Origin: a virus
Direction: 5' to 3' (one strand)
DNA: 64,000 bases
Virus record (IMG/VR): IMGVR_UViG_3300032053_012801
The notes below the pieces were generated by a model. It was not told the origin of the DNA. It worked only from the letters and a program-made list of their open reading frames with translations, and did no database searches. Positions 9,580-17,690 of this stretch are shown piece after piece; the first letter of the stretch is position 1, and each line of letters starts with the position of its first letter. A program made the translations under genes and the position numbers.

Positions 9580-9878
9580 GACTTACTCCTCAATAGTATT
9601 GATTCAACTATATCTCGAGCTTCAACGAAACCATCTGCTCGACCATTATGATACTTTTCAGCAAAATCATTTCGATTAGCCATACTTTCTGCACTCAATT
9701 GCGCATTAACCAATTCGTCTGTTATTTTCAACGACACGTTTACTGGATCATACGATTGCAATATTGATCGAGCACTTTCCCATTCATTAGCATCTACAAC
9801 AACATGACCTTGCAACTGCGCCGCACATGTTTCTTCAATTTTCGGATGTCGATGCAAAAAAGATGTGTCCATAATCAT
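9576..9878 (-). CDS. hypothetical protein
   Basis: 100-aa ORF in an overlapping chain. Confidence 0.35.
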   Translation of the reverse strand: MIMDTSFLHRHPKIEETCAAQLQGHVVVDANEWESARSILQSYDPVNVSLKITDELVNAQLSAESMANRNDFAEKYHNGRADGFVEARDIVESILLRSKS

Positions 9879-10165
9879 TTTCCTTGCAGTTTAAGTCTTC
9901 GTTCTTGTTCATCGACAATGTGTCGCGTCAAAGACAAAAGCTCATAGTCAGATGACGCATTGACATCTGATAGTTTTACAGTATGTAATGGTTTCACAAC
10001 AGACTCATTTGTCAATACTTTATCTAACGCTTTATCATAGTCGATATGTACAACTTCACCTTCTTCAACTCGATCGTAATTCGCATTTAGTGTTGATAAG
10101 ATACTAGTTATAGCTTGCAAACAATGTTCAGGTCCATAATCATGACAAATTGTAATGCGAGGCAT
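9875..10165 (-). CDS. hypothetical protein
   Basis: 96-aa ORF in an overlapping chain. Confidence 0.35.
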   Translation of the reverse strand: MPRITICHDYGPEHCLQAITSILSTLNANYDRVEEGEVVHIDYDKALDKVLTNESVVKPLHTVKLSDVNASSDYELLSLTRHIVDEQERRLKLQGK

Positions 10166-10166
10166 T

Positions 10167-10400
10167 TCATCCTCTTCCTATAAGCGCTGAATCAATGACG
10201 TCTTTAATCATAAGTAAATCATCAGTAGTAAACAGTCCCAAACAAATCGTATGTCGAAGTGGATGTGCAGCTGTTGGATTTTTTGGAAATGAATGCTCAA
10301 ACACTGATAATTTCTCATGCTCTAGCAATGCGTTTTCAGATTCAAAAGTTAATGAACATGTATTACTAGTATGACTTGTAATCCAGCACTTCTTAATCAC
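10167..10400 (-). CDS. hypothetical protein
   Basis: 77-aa ORF. Confidence 0.3.
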   Translation of the reverse strand: MIKKCWITSHTSNTCSLTFESENALLEHEKLSVFEHSFPKNPTAAHPLRHTICLGLFTTDDLLMIKDVIDSALIGRG

Positions 10401-10686
10401 TTATTCCTCCACGAAAGCAAATTTTGACAACGCTTCAGCAACGTGCGCCGTGTTCAACAAACTTTTTCGCCACACTTTCGGCATATTATAATTCCAGGAT
10501 ATGCCTGCCTACACTCTATGGGATGGAAGCATGGCGTCACTTGCGGAGTTGCCTGTAGTTCGGCAGGCGACCCTATAGTTGCGGCGCGGTCCTGCTTCCA
10601 CAACAGCAAACACTCGGCCATGTTCATTATAGGTCCACGAATTGAATTCTTGCTTAGACACTAACTCGTTTTTAATCATTTCATCC

Positions 10687-11499
10687 TCAGTCTAAGAATG
10701 CTACAGACTTTCGAGCTTTTGCTTGTGCCTCAGTATTCAATACTACTTTATGCCATACATTTCCAAGATCAACTGTCGAATGCTCAATGTGCGTTATCTT
10801 GCCCTTTACACGCACAGCAGGATCTCGTTGCATTCTGCGCCACAAAACTTTCTTGGCATGACTATTGTCTTTTATGAACTGTTTGTATTCAGATTCCACT
10901 AAACCATTCGGTGCATAAGTAGAATTGACATATACACTTTGACCACCAAACCGGCTCAAAAATTGAGCATAGTGCATATTACGACCACCACCAGTCATTG
11001 GCTCATTCTTCAAAATAATGGACGACTTGTAGTCTGGATCAGGAATAAACATGAATTCACCTTGACGATGAATCTTTCGACCACTAGCTAACTTACGATG
11101 ACGTTTGTGCGCGTCCTTTGTTTTCAAACCTTCTCGTGCTTCTAACTCACGAAGTTCAACAGGCTTCAAAGCCTGTTTTGCTTGAATTACCGTTGACACT
11201 GACTCTTTTTCAGGAATAGCACATGTGAACCAATGACGTTCATCATGACCACATAAGAATTTTGCTTTGGGATTGTTAGGATCACGAGCTAACAGCAAAA
11301 GATGACGATCTTTTTTCTGAACATCTAGTGTCAATAAGTCAATTTCTTTTTTGACTTGAATATCAAAAAATTCGCCTTCTTCATCACGCCGTACATCAAT
11401 AGTAATCGGCGGCGGCACACGAAACCTGCTACTATTAGGCTGCGAAATCTTGACTCTAGCACCAATAGCGTTAAACTGCTTTTCAAGTACTGCGTTCAT
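10687..11499 (-). CDS. hypothetical protein
   Basis: 270-aa ORF with no motif I recognise. Confidence 0.4.
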   Translation of the reverse strand: MNAVLEKQFNAIGARVKISQPNSSRFRVPPPITIDVRRDEEGEFFDIQVKKEIDLLTLDVQKKDRHLLLLARDPNNPKAKFLCGHDERHWFTCAIPEKESVSTVIQAKQALKPVELRELEAREGLKTKDAHKRHRKLASGRKIHRQGEFMFIPDPDYKSSIILKNEPMTGGGRNMHYAQFLSRFGGQSVYVNSTYAPNGLVESEYKQFIKDNSHAKKVLWRRMQRDPAVRVKGKITHIEHSTVDLGNVWHKVVLNTEAQAKARKSVAFLD

Positions 11500-11729
11500 A
11501 AATCCTCAATCTTTAGAAGTTTCTTGGAATCATACATACTTATACTCCTTTTAACTGTTTCCCAAATTTCAAATACTAACTCTAACCGTTTGTCACGATC
11601 ATACTCAGTCATTCCTCTAAACCTATCACGATTCTTCTCCCACCATTCTTCAGGTGTCTTCGCAATAGGCTTACTAATATTAACAAGTGCCGCCATTTTA
11701 ATGAGAGTCATCTGATCTTTTGTCATCAT
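11496..11729 (-). CDS. hypothetical protein
   Basis: 77-aa ORF. Confidence 0.35.
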   Translation of the reverse strand: MMTKDQMTLIKMAALVNISKPIAKTPEEWWEKNRDRFRGMTEYDRDKRLELVFEIWETVKRSISMYDSKKLLKIEDL

Positions 11730-12070
11730 TACTCCTGTATCATGTCATTAATCTCGCAATTGACTTCAGCTTCATACAGCATGTCTTGAAATTTCTTGCT
11801 CTCTATTTTTCTAAAATGATCAAGAGAATACTTACATCGAGCCCAAACATACAAAACTAATGACAATATTGCAAACCCGCCAATAATCATTAATGAACTA
11901 CTTCGAATCGGCTGTTTTTGTACCATTGTAGAAAGTAAAGTAACCACACTACAAACTGGACAAATCAAAAACAAACTAGCTAAAGAATTACTCCACCTAT
12001 AATTAGCTACTGCTGAAAACTCAACAAGCACTTTAACAGCACCTTCTCTAATCAATATTTGTCTGTTCAT
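11729..12070 (-). CDS. hypothetical membrane protein
   Basis: 113 aa with two hydrophobic helices. Confidence 0.4.
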   Translation of the reverse strand: MNRQILIREGAVKVLVEFSAVANYRWSNSLASLFLICPVCSVVTLLSTMVQKQPIRSSSLMIIGGFAILSLVLYVWARCKYSLDHFRKIESKKFQDMLYEAEVNCEINDMIQE

Positions 12071-12654
12071 ATCTTACCTACCATTAAATCAAACTTTGTC
12101 AATCTGACTCTATTATTTCGCTTATACTTCAAATAACGATATCTCAAATATCTAATCATCCAAATCATTCGAATCCACTCAAAGAATGTCTGTTTACTAA
12201 GATCAACTTGAACACCCAGCGGTCTCTGATTCTGTATATGCTTATTTATCTTGTCAATGTTGATCAAATAATGAAAAATCTTGATCTTTATTGAACCAAT
12301 GTCTTCTATTATCTTATATCGTTTCACACCATGACTTTTCAACAAATCAATATAATTTTGCTTTGCTACTAACCATGATGACGAGTAATCTAATTGACCA
12401 TATTCAGTTCGAAACAAATCATACAATCTACTATTTCGTCGTTGTGGTGATGAAGTCAAAGATATAGGAGCGGTCGCACCCCATGACCAAATAGAACCAT
12501 CAGTTGCAATCGCAAGCTGTTGATACGGCGTAACAGTATTTGATGTATCTGCACTACTTGTATGATTCAAGTGACGACACGAACCATTTGTCTCTCCGCA
12601 AATACTACATTGTAGTGGTATGCCATTACGTATTTCTGAATATGTCGGCGGCAC
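12067..12654 (-). CDS. hypothetical Cys-rich protein
   Basis: 195-aa ORF carrying a CSICGETNGSCRHLNH metal-binding-like motif. Confidence 0.35.
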   Translation of the reverse strand: MPPTYSEIRNGIPLQCSICGETNGSCRHLNHTSSADTSNTVTPYQQLAIATDGSIWSWGATAPISLTSSPQRRNSRLYDLFRTEYGQLDYSSSWLVAKQNYIDLLKSHGVKRYKIIEDIGSIKIKIFHYLINIDKINKHIQNQRPLGVQVDLSKQTFFEWIRMIWMIRYLRYRYLKYKRNNRVRLTKFDLMVGKI

Positions 12655-13121
12655 TTACTTCAACCTCTTGGAAGACTCTCCCCATCCCTGAAAAAACTTA
12701 CTTGTACATACTAGCACCAAAATACCAATCATAGCTAATATGTTCAACGTAATAATCCATTTTTTGTTATCTTAAACCCAAATCGCTTACCGGCTCTTTG
12801 AGCTCTATATGCACCTCGTTCAATCACATCTTCATACTTTTTCTTCATCTATTTGCATCCATCCATAGCTTTTTCGTTGGTATCTAGTACCACACTTCTT
12901 ACAAGTGCGAATCTCATCTTGACAAGCATCTATCACTTCATCTCTAACTGCCGGATCAGGATCAGCTACCCAACCACACTTACAAGCGCACGTGTTTTTT
13001 CCTAACCACATGCTTCTTTCTCGATTCTAGTATCTCTTTTTCACCATACTGCAGTAATCAAGAGTAGCTTCAAAACCCTTAACTACCATTTCTTTCACTT
13101 TGTCATTATCCATACATTGTC

Positions 13122-13391
13122 CTACGTTATTTTTGACCAACATACTCGAGGAAGTCCACAAATACCAAAATCTTCACTAAAGAAAACAGATCTAACAGGG
13201 CTATTTACTCTTGAATCCCACATGATTTCGATAAGACCTACCGTACCCGCTTCAAATTGGTAAAACTGCTCTTCTAACATAATAATGTCACCATCTACAA
13301 TATCATCACTATACAACTTTCCCCACGCCTCACGTCTTTCTAGAGTGCTAAACTTCTGAGCTCTTTTTCTAGCTGCTTCACTTGAACTCAT
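13122..13391 (-). CDS. hypothetical protein
   Basis: 89-aa ORF. Confidence 0.35.
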   Translation of the reverse strand: MSSSEAARKRAQKFSTLERREAWGKLYSDDIVDGDIIMLEEQFYQFEAGTVGLIEIMWDSRVNSPVRSVFFSEDFGICGLPRVCWSKIT

Positions 13392-13406
13392 ATATTATCC
13401 TTACTT

Positions 13407-13490
13407 ATGCTGGAGAAGAGACTTGAACTCTTACGAGATTGCTCTCACTGGATTTTGAGTCCAGCGTGTATACCATTCCACCACTCCAGC
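13407..13490 (-). tRNA. tRNA-Leu (anticodon CAA), type II
   Basis: Acceptor GCTGGAG/CTCCAGC. Anticodon stem CTGGA/TCCAG with loop CTCAAAA. Long variable arm. T-loop TTCAAGT. Confidence 0.8.
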
Positions 13491-13976
13491 TCAATTTCTA
13501 TAATCTTCTTGATTTTTTGCAACAACGTTATTCTCAACATCCCAAAACACTTCTTTTTTAATCTCAACTTCATCGGGTTTCTTTGGCCACCATGTAACAC
13601 TATAATAAATCATAGTCTTTGACACGGGATCTGACATCATCTCGCAAACATTTTGCGAACTTGACGTCCCATCCAACGAAAACAAACCAGGCATAACCCT
13701 TCTTACTGGTAATCTAAGCGCATTCAACATTGTCGGACTTCCATCACTCATTCGTACATTTTGTGCATCGATAATCTGTTCTCTAGTATAATCACTAGTC
13801 TCAACCCATTTCTTCTTAAACTTCACAGGCACATTCTTTAACGCAGCTTCAATAACTTTCAAACACTCAGAACAATGATGAGGATCATTATACTCCGGCA
13901 TAAACCCATACGTACTTGGATGATACGTATACACGCAATTACAATGATCACACCTTTTAATTCTTGACGTTGTCAT
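13491..13976 (-). CDS. hypothetical zinc-ribbon protein
   Basis: 161-aa ORF with CDHCNC...HHCSEC at the N-terminus. Confidence 0.4.
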   Translation of the reverse strand: MTTSRIKRCDHCNCVYTYHPSTYGFMPEYNDPHHCSECLKVIEAALKNVPVKFKKKWVETSDYTREQIIDAQNVRMSDGSPTMLNALRLPVRRVMPGLFSLDGTSSSQNVCEMMSDPVSKTMIYYSVTWWPKKPDEVEIKKEVFWDVENNVVAKNQEDYRN

Positions 13977-14488
13977 AATAGTTTCAAATGCCCAGTAACT
14001 TCATCAATCTTCTCTGAATCATCAGGCCCAATAGCCAAACAAGTAATAGTCTTCACGCCCTTAAACTCAGTCAATCCACAATCCTCAATCAGCGCTACAG
14101 GCAAGCTCATGGATTCTGCCTTAGCCTTTATCTCTAACAGCTCAGCTTCTGAACTCACTTGCAAACAAATTTTAGTGAATATACCCTCCATCCACTCTCT
14201 CATTTGCCCAGTAACACTCATCATCGGCCTATCATCCAAATACTCAACCCTATCAAAAAACACTTTCATTGAAGCATGAGCGCCCTGAGCAATCATCTTG
14301 CCCTTCCTCATGTTCAAGTCAGTTCTCATGATAATTACTTGCTTGATCATAATATAGTCCTCTTCAATGCGTTCGTAAGTAGTAAATCTATGACCAAGTT
14401 CACATACACGACGTCGACGTAAACGATCACCTGATTCTCTAGAATCAATAACCTTGGTCTGTCTATGACACTGTGGACATGGTAGCAT
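13973..14488 (-). CDS. peptidyl-tRNA hydrolase PTH2-family domain preceded by an NrdR-like zinc ribbon
   Basis: The C-terminal ~125 aa read IIMRTDLNMRKGKMIAQGAHAS...LAIGP, which is PTH2-like. The N-terminal ~45 aa read CPQCHRQTKVIDSRE...RRRRVCELGHRFTTYE, which looks like a 4-Cys ribbon with an NrdR-like pattern. Confidence 0.5.
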   Translation of the reverse strand: MLPCPQCHRQTKVIDSRESGDRLRRRRVCELGHRFTTYERIEEDYIMIKQVIIMRTDLNMRKGKMIAQGAHASMKVFFDRVEYLDDRPMMSVTGQMREWMEGIFTKICLQVSSEAELLEIKAKAESMSLPVALIEDCGLTEFKGVKTITCLAIGPDDSEKIDEVTGHLKLL

Positions 14489-14669
14489 TAGATTTTATCA
14501 TCATAAGGTTCAAAATACGAATATCTTCGTTCTTAGTAATCCACTTAACAATATCATCTTCAGTACAACCAATCCCAGGATGAGAATTATCTATCAACCA
14601 ATTCAAATCTTCTTCAGTAAGCGCTCCAAACTGCTTCTCAACACCATTAACTATTGGATTACTTCTCAT
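14463..14669 (-). CDS. hypothetical protein (start trimmed to the internal Met)
   Basis: The track ORF 14463..14726 reads through tRNA exon 2. The internal ATG at 14669 has an AGGAG RBS 5 nt upstream. Confidence 0.35.
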   Translation of the reverse strand: MRSNPIVNGVEKQFGALTEEDLNWLIDNSHPGIGCTEDDIVKWITKNEDIRILNLMMIKSNATMSTVS

Positions 14670-14685
14670 AAGTCTCCTATAAAAA

Positions 14686-14989
14686 TGCCCGGGGCCGGAC
14701 TCGAACCGGCACGATCTTGCGACCAAGGGATTTTACTTGCTACTTCGTCTTTCGACGCCAGCTTTCGCTGTTTGTAGTCTGGACTTTGTCTTCACCATAG
14801 TGAGTTCACTTTAGGTGGATGCCGTTAAGTCTCTACACCTTCCAGTACTTTTCAGTACTAGCTTGGCTCGGCGTTGGGTCGAGTTTAACTCAGGCCGTTC
14901 ACCGAATTTGACATCTTACATCTATACCGTTTCCAGTATAGCGACCCATTTCTTCGAGTCCCTAGTGTCTACCGTTCCACCACCCGGGC
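14686..14989 (-). tRNA. tRNA-Leu (anticodon TAA) interrupted by a ~221-nt group I-like intron in the anticodon loop
   Basis: Exon 1 (14957-14989) reads GCCCGGG-TG-GTGG-AACGGTAGA-CACT-AGGGA-CT. Exon 2 (14686-14735) reads TAAAA-TCCCT-TGGTCGCAAGATCGT-GCCGG-TTCGAGT-CCGGC-CCCGGGC-A. Joined, they give anticodon loop CUUAAAA, as in cyanobacterial and plastid trnL-UAA. The intron (14736-14956) starts after a U that can pair with intron G (a short P1 with U.G), and it ends ...GUAGCAAG (terminal G). It contains AAGUCCAGACUACAAACAG, similar to the R/P7 element of the Anabaena trnL intron, plus two GAAA-tetraloop hairpins. Confidence 0.6.
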
Positions 14990-15004
14990 AATCATCTCAG
15001 CAGT

Positions 15005-15171
15005 TGAAGCAAGACTCGAACTTGCAATGTCAGATGCGTCTGTCTGCTCTGACCGTCAGTTATTGCCGTGAGACAGAGATAATGGTCTGGAATAATTCTC
15101 ATATCTTGCTCCATTATCTATCCTTCAATTGGCTTGACCTCGACGACGTCTACCAGTTTCGTCATTCAACT
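15005..15171 (-). other. split tRNA-like element, unresolved: Leu-like 5' half and canonical T-arm/acceptor 3' half separated by ~85 nt
   Basis: The 5' half reads AGTTGAA-TG-ACGA-AACTGGTAGA-CGTC (Leu-type D-loop). The 3' half reads GCAAG-TTCGAGT-CTTGC-TTCAACT-G, with a perfect 7-bp acceptor pairing between the two halves. No canonical anticodon arm can be placed. Confidence 0.3.
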
Positions 15172-15178
15172 GCATATT

Positions 15179-15255
15179 TGGTGGGCTCAGCTGGGATCGA
15201 ACCAGCGACTCCCTCGTTATGAGCGAGGCACTCTAACCAATTGAGTTATGAGCCC
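15179..15255 (-). tRNA. tRNA with anticodon CAT (second copy; Met/Ile2 type), CCA encoded
   Basis: Reverse complement reads GGGCTCA-TA-ACTC..GAGT-G-CCTCG-CTCATAA-CGAGG-GAGTC-GCTGG-TTCGATC-CCAGC-TGAGCCC-A-CCA. Confidence 0.8.
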
Positions 15256-15261
15256 GAAATT

Positions 15262-15483
15262 TCATTCAACATTAATAACTTGCATACTAGACGGAAACAA
15301 ACTAAGCGTGCCGTCACAGTTTCTCATTGCATTTTCATCTTTACTTCCGACAGATTGTCGTAACTTCGTAAAAACGTATTGACTTTTGCGAAAACCTCCG
15401 TGACCAGAATCATCACCATCTGTAGGAAATGAAATAAATGTAGCTCCTTCGTGCAGCTCCCCAAATGTCAAAGGAATACTCAT
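15262..15483 (-). CDS. hypothetical protein
   Basis: 73-aa ORF. Confidence 0.35.
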   Translation of the reverse strand: MSIPLTFGELHEGATFISFPTDGDDSGHGGFRKSQYVFTKLRQSVGSKDENAMRNCDGTLSLFPSSMQVINVE

Positions 15484-15809
15484 ATTTTTTTCAATGCCTC
15501 AGTAGCAATTTCTCTAAGATGATTTGGATCATTAGCAAGCGCAACAGCCATTCGACCATCAATTTGATAACCATCTTCTAATTCACGCTTTATCTTGTCA
15601 ATCGGTTGAATTACATCTTTCAATGCTTGAATTGTAATAGCTAACTTTTCTTTTTCTGTATTTTTAGATTTTTGAGCAACTTTGCCTAACCTCTCCCATG
15701 ACTGAACCATCTTGTCCATATACTTAACTTTGTCAGCAGTTTTAGCAAAACTTACCCACCAATATGATATCTGTTCCATAAACTGTTCAGCATTTCTACT
15801 CATTATCAT
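15480..15809 (-). CDS. hypothetical protein
   Basis: 109-aa ORF. Its RBS and start lie inside the ~67-bp direct repeat. Confidence 0.4.
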   Translation of the reverse strand: MIMSRNAEQFMEQISYWWVSFAKTADKVKYMDKMVQSWERLGKVAQKSKNTEKEKLAITIQALKDVIQPIDKIKRELEDGYQIDGRMAVALANDPNHLREIATEALKKI

Positions 15810-15811
15810 CC

Positions 15812-15878
15812 TCCAACTGAATCATATTGTCCCACTCTTTTATCAACCGATAAATCTTACACTCTTGTAGTGCTTTAC
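15812..15878. repeat. ~67-bp direct repeat, copy 1 (gene-junction module)
   Basis: ctccaactgaatcatattgtcccactcttttatcaaccgataaatcttacactcttgtagtgcttt is ~90% identical to 16222-16288. Confidence 0.6.
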
Positions 15879-16003
15879 CTCACGGATGCGACTGAATTGC
15901 ATGCTTTGCTTGATTTATCAAAACATGAAGAGCTTCTCTATCAATTTCTACCAACTGTTCTTTACTCTTAGCTAAAGCTTCTTCAGCTTTCTTAACAGCT
16001 TCA

Positions 16004-16216
16004 TCAGCCCACATCATTCACCTCCCTATAAAACTCACAAAGATTTTCATCTAATTTAGCTGGCTCCCAGCCTTGACCACATTCTAAATATTTGGGAAAT
16101 AAATTCTCTTTTGCAAATGTGATCACTGCTACATTTTCTGTAGCTTTTGCTGTCAAAAGAAGTTTTCTGAACTGCTCTTCATCATGTTCGTTGTGCAACG
16201 CAGCTATTATTGACAC
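16004..16216 (-). CDS. hypothetical protein
   Basis: 70-aa ORF. A GTG start lies just downstream of repeat copy 2. Confidence 0.35.
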   Translation of the reverse strand: MSIIAALHNEHDEEQFRKLLLTAKATENVAVITFAKENLFPKYLECGQGWEPAKLDENLCEFYREVNDVG

Positions 16217-16218
16217 AA

Positions 16219-16476
16219 TTACTCCAACTGGATCATATCATCCCACTCTTTTGTCAACCGATAAATCTTACACTCTTGTAGTGCTTTCGCGCATCGTCTC
16301 AATGACTCAACATGAGGTCCCTTCATGTCATTGATAAACGCTTTCTCAACCATCATCCTATATAAAGTAGGTGCTACAACTGTCAATAGATTTTCATATC
16401 CAAAAGCCTTAATTAGTTGCTTCTCTTTCTCACTATAATCTTTAGTTCGATCAACGTCACATTGATACTGCTTCAT
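16219..16476 (-). CDS. hypothetical protein (C-terminus encoded by repeat copy 2)
   Basis: 85-aa ORF. The C-terminal ...ALQECKIYRLTKEWDDMIQLE is encoded by the repeat. The same peptide is found out of frame at copy 1, which looks like a remnant. Confidence 0.4.
   Translation of the reverse strand: MKQYQCDVDRTKDYSEKEKQLIKAFGYENLLTVVAPTLYRMMVEKAFINDMKGPHVESLRRCAKALQECKIYRLTKEWDDMIQLE
16222..16288. repeat. ~67-bp direct repeat, copy 2
   Basis: ctccaactggatcatatcatcccactcttttgtcaaccgataaatcttacactcttgtagtgcttt. Confidence 0.6.
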
Positions 16477-16489
16477 TATTATTCCTTAA

Positions 16490-16570
16490 TGCAACGGAGA
16501 GGATTTGAACCTCCACGAATTTCTTCACTGGATTCTGAGTCCAGCGCGTCTCCCATTCCGCCACCGTCGC
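16490..16570 (-). tRNA. tRNA-Leu (anticodon CAG), type II
   Basis: Acceptor GCGACGG/CCGTTGC. Anticodon stem CTGGA/TCCAG with loop CTCAGAA. Long variable arm. T-loop TTCAAAT. Confidence 0.8.
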
Positions 16571-16759
16571 TCATTTTCTTCGTAGTAACGTATACACTTG
16601 AAAGCATAAATTTGCAGCGTTCACTGCGCAAACAATGCAGGGAATAAAAATCATCAAAGCAATTGAAAATGACGGAGGCTGTTCGCAAACTCTCAATATT
16701 CGCGTAGTAAAAAGCAACTGTGCTGCAGACAAAAGAACGAAGTAAAAATTGTTTTTCAT
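16571..16759 (-). CDS. hypothetical small membrane protein
   Basis: 62 aa, hydrophobic. It abuts the tRNA 5' end. Confidence 0.3.
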   Translation of the reverse strand: MKNNFYFVLLSAAQLLFTTRILRVCEQPPSFSIALMIFIPCIVCAVNAANLCFQVYTLLRRK

Positions 16760-16792
16760 AAGTCTATAGTCAATCTAAGTCTCAATGACTAA

Positions 16793-17401
16793 TCATGAAT
16801 CTCTCTCGACTGACATACTTCCGTCGTCACACAAATCCATCAAATTTTGAGCTCCTCCGTCACCAGTCCTTAACTGCGACTTTGCCTCAAATACTGCTTG
16901 ATCACCGATCAAACTATTGAGATCCCAAACTGAATTAAATCCAACTTTGAATACATGCTCCCAACACTTGTTCTCTTTTACTGTCGCAACTACACTCAAA
17001 CTATCTAAATCAACAGACTTAACAATCAATACAAGATCACCCGTGTGACCAATAATTTTTCCCGGCACTACATATTTACGCAACATACTTTTAACTTTAG
17101 CTCTATCTTGAGCCTGTCGAGCTCTAGCTACTTTCTTCTGCTCCATCATCTCAATAACTGACTCAACTTTGAAATTCGGATTCCATATAACTTTATCTTC
17201 ATTAGTTGAAATTACTGCACCACAATTCTTGAGACTCGATAATGTCATTCGTAATAGTTTCTGTATCTCATTATCTGATTCTTCATTTAGCAAATACTGA
17301 TATTGCTTGAATGAATTCTCAGGGAAGAATCCAAATATCCGACCAATCTTGTATAAAGCTGCTTCTATCGAATTCTCAGTCTTCAAAAACTCATTCAACA
17401 T
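16793..17401 (-). CDS. hypothetical protein
   Basis: 202-aa ORF. Confidence 0.45.
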   Translation of the reverse strand: MLNEFLKTENSIEAALYKIGRIFGFFPENSFKQYQYLLNEESDNEIQKLLRMTLSSLKNCGAVISTNEDKVIWNPNFKVESVIEMMEQKKVARARQAQDRAKVKSMLRKYVVPGKIIGHTGDLVLIVKSVDLDSLSVVATVKENKCWEHVFKVGFNSVWDLNSLIGDQAVFEAKSQLRTGDGGAQNLMDLCDDGSMSVERDS

Positions 17402-17690
17402 TTTTCACCTCCGGTAATCCAAAATCATGCCTTAAATGACTACAAAGCTCTCCCTCTTTAGTCTCTAAATTCAACCACTGTCCACATACAGTGCAACCTA
17501 TAGCATTCGGCTTCAAGTCGTGTTTCTCTATTTGCGAGAAAGCTTCTAATAGCTGTTTTTCAGGCGGTATTCGAAGCTGTTTATTAATGAGACATACTGA
17601 TGAATCACGTTCTACATTACATCCCTCAGGTTGTTCAAACCACGTACAATCCGGACACTTACCGTGACCAGCAGCTTGTTCGTGAGACAT
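17391..17690 (-). CDS. hypothetical Cys-rich (zinc-binding) protein
   Basis: 99 aa with CPDC...C..C pairs. A GAGGA RBS lies before the ATG. Confidence 0.4.
   Translation of the reverse strand: MSHEQAAGHGKCPDCTWFEQPEGCNVERDSSVCLINKQLRIPPEKQLLEAFSQIEKHDLKPNAIGCTVCGQWLNLETKEGELCSHLRHDFGLPEVKNVE

Noticed and set aside
14580-15222. Plus-strand ORFs 14580..14777 and 14815..15222
   Set aside because: They cover the intron-containing trnL locus, the split tRNA-like element and the 3' part of the CAT tRNA at 15179..15255 on the opposite strand. Their translations are GC-biased and motif-free.
16479-16688. Minus ORF 16479..16688 and plus ORF 16417..16647
   Set aside because: Both overlap tRNA-Leu(CAG). 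The gene 16571..16759 abutting the tRNA is the more plausible one.
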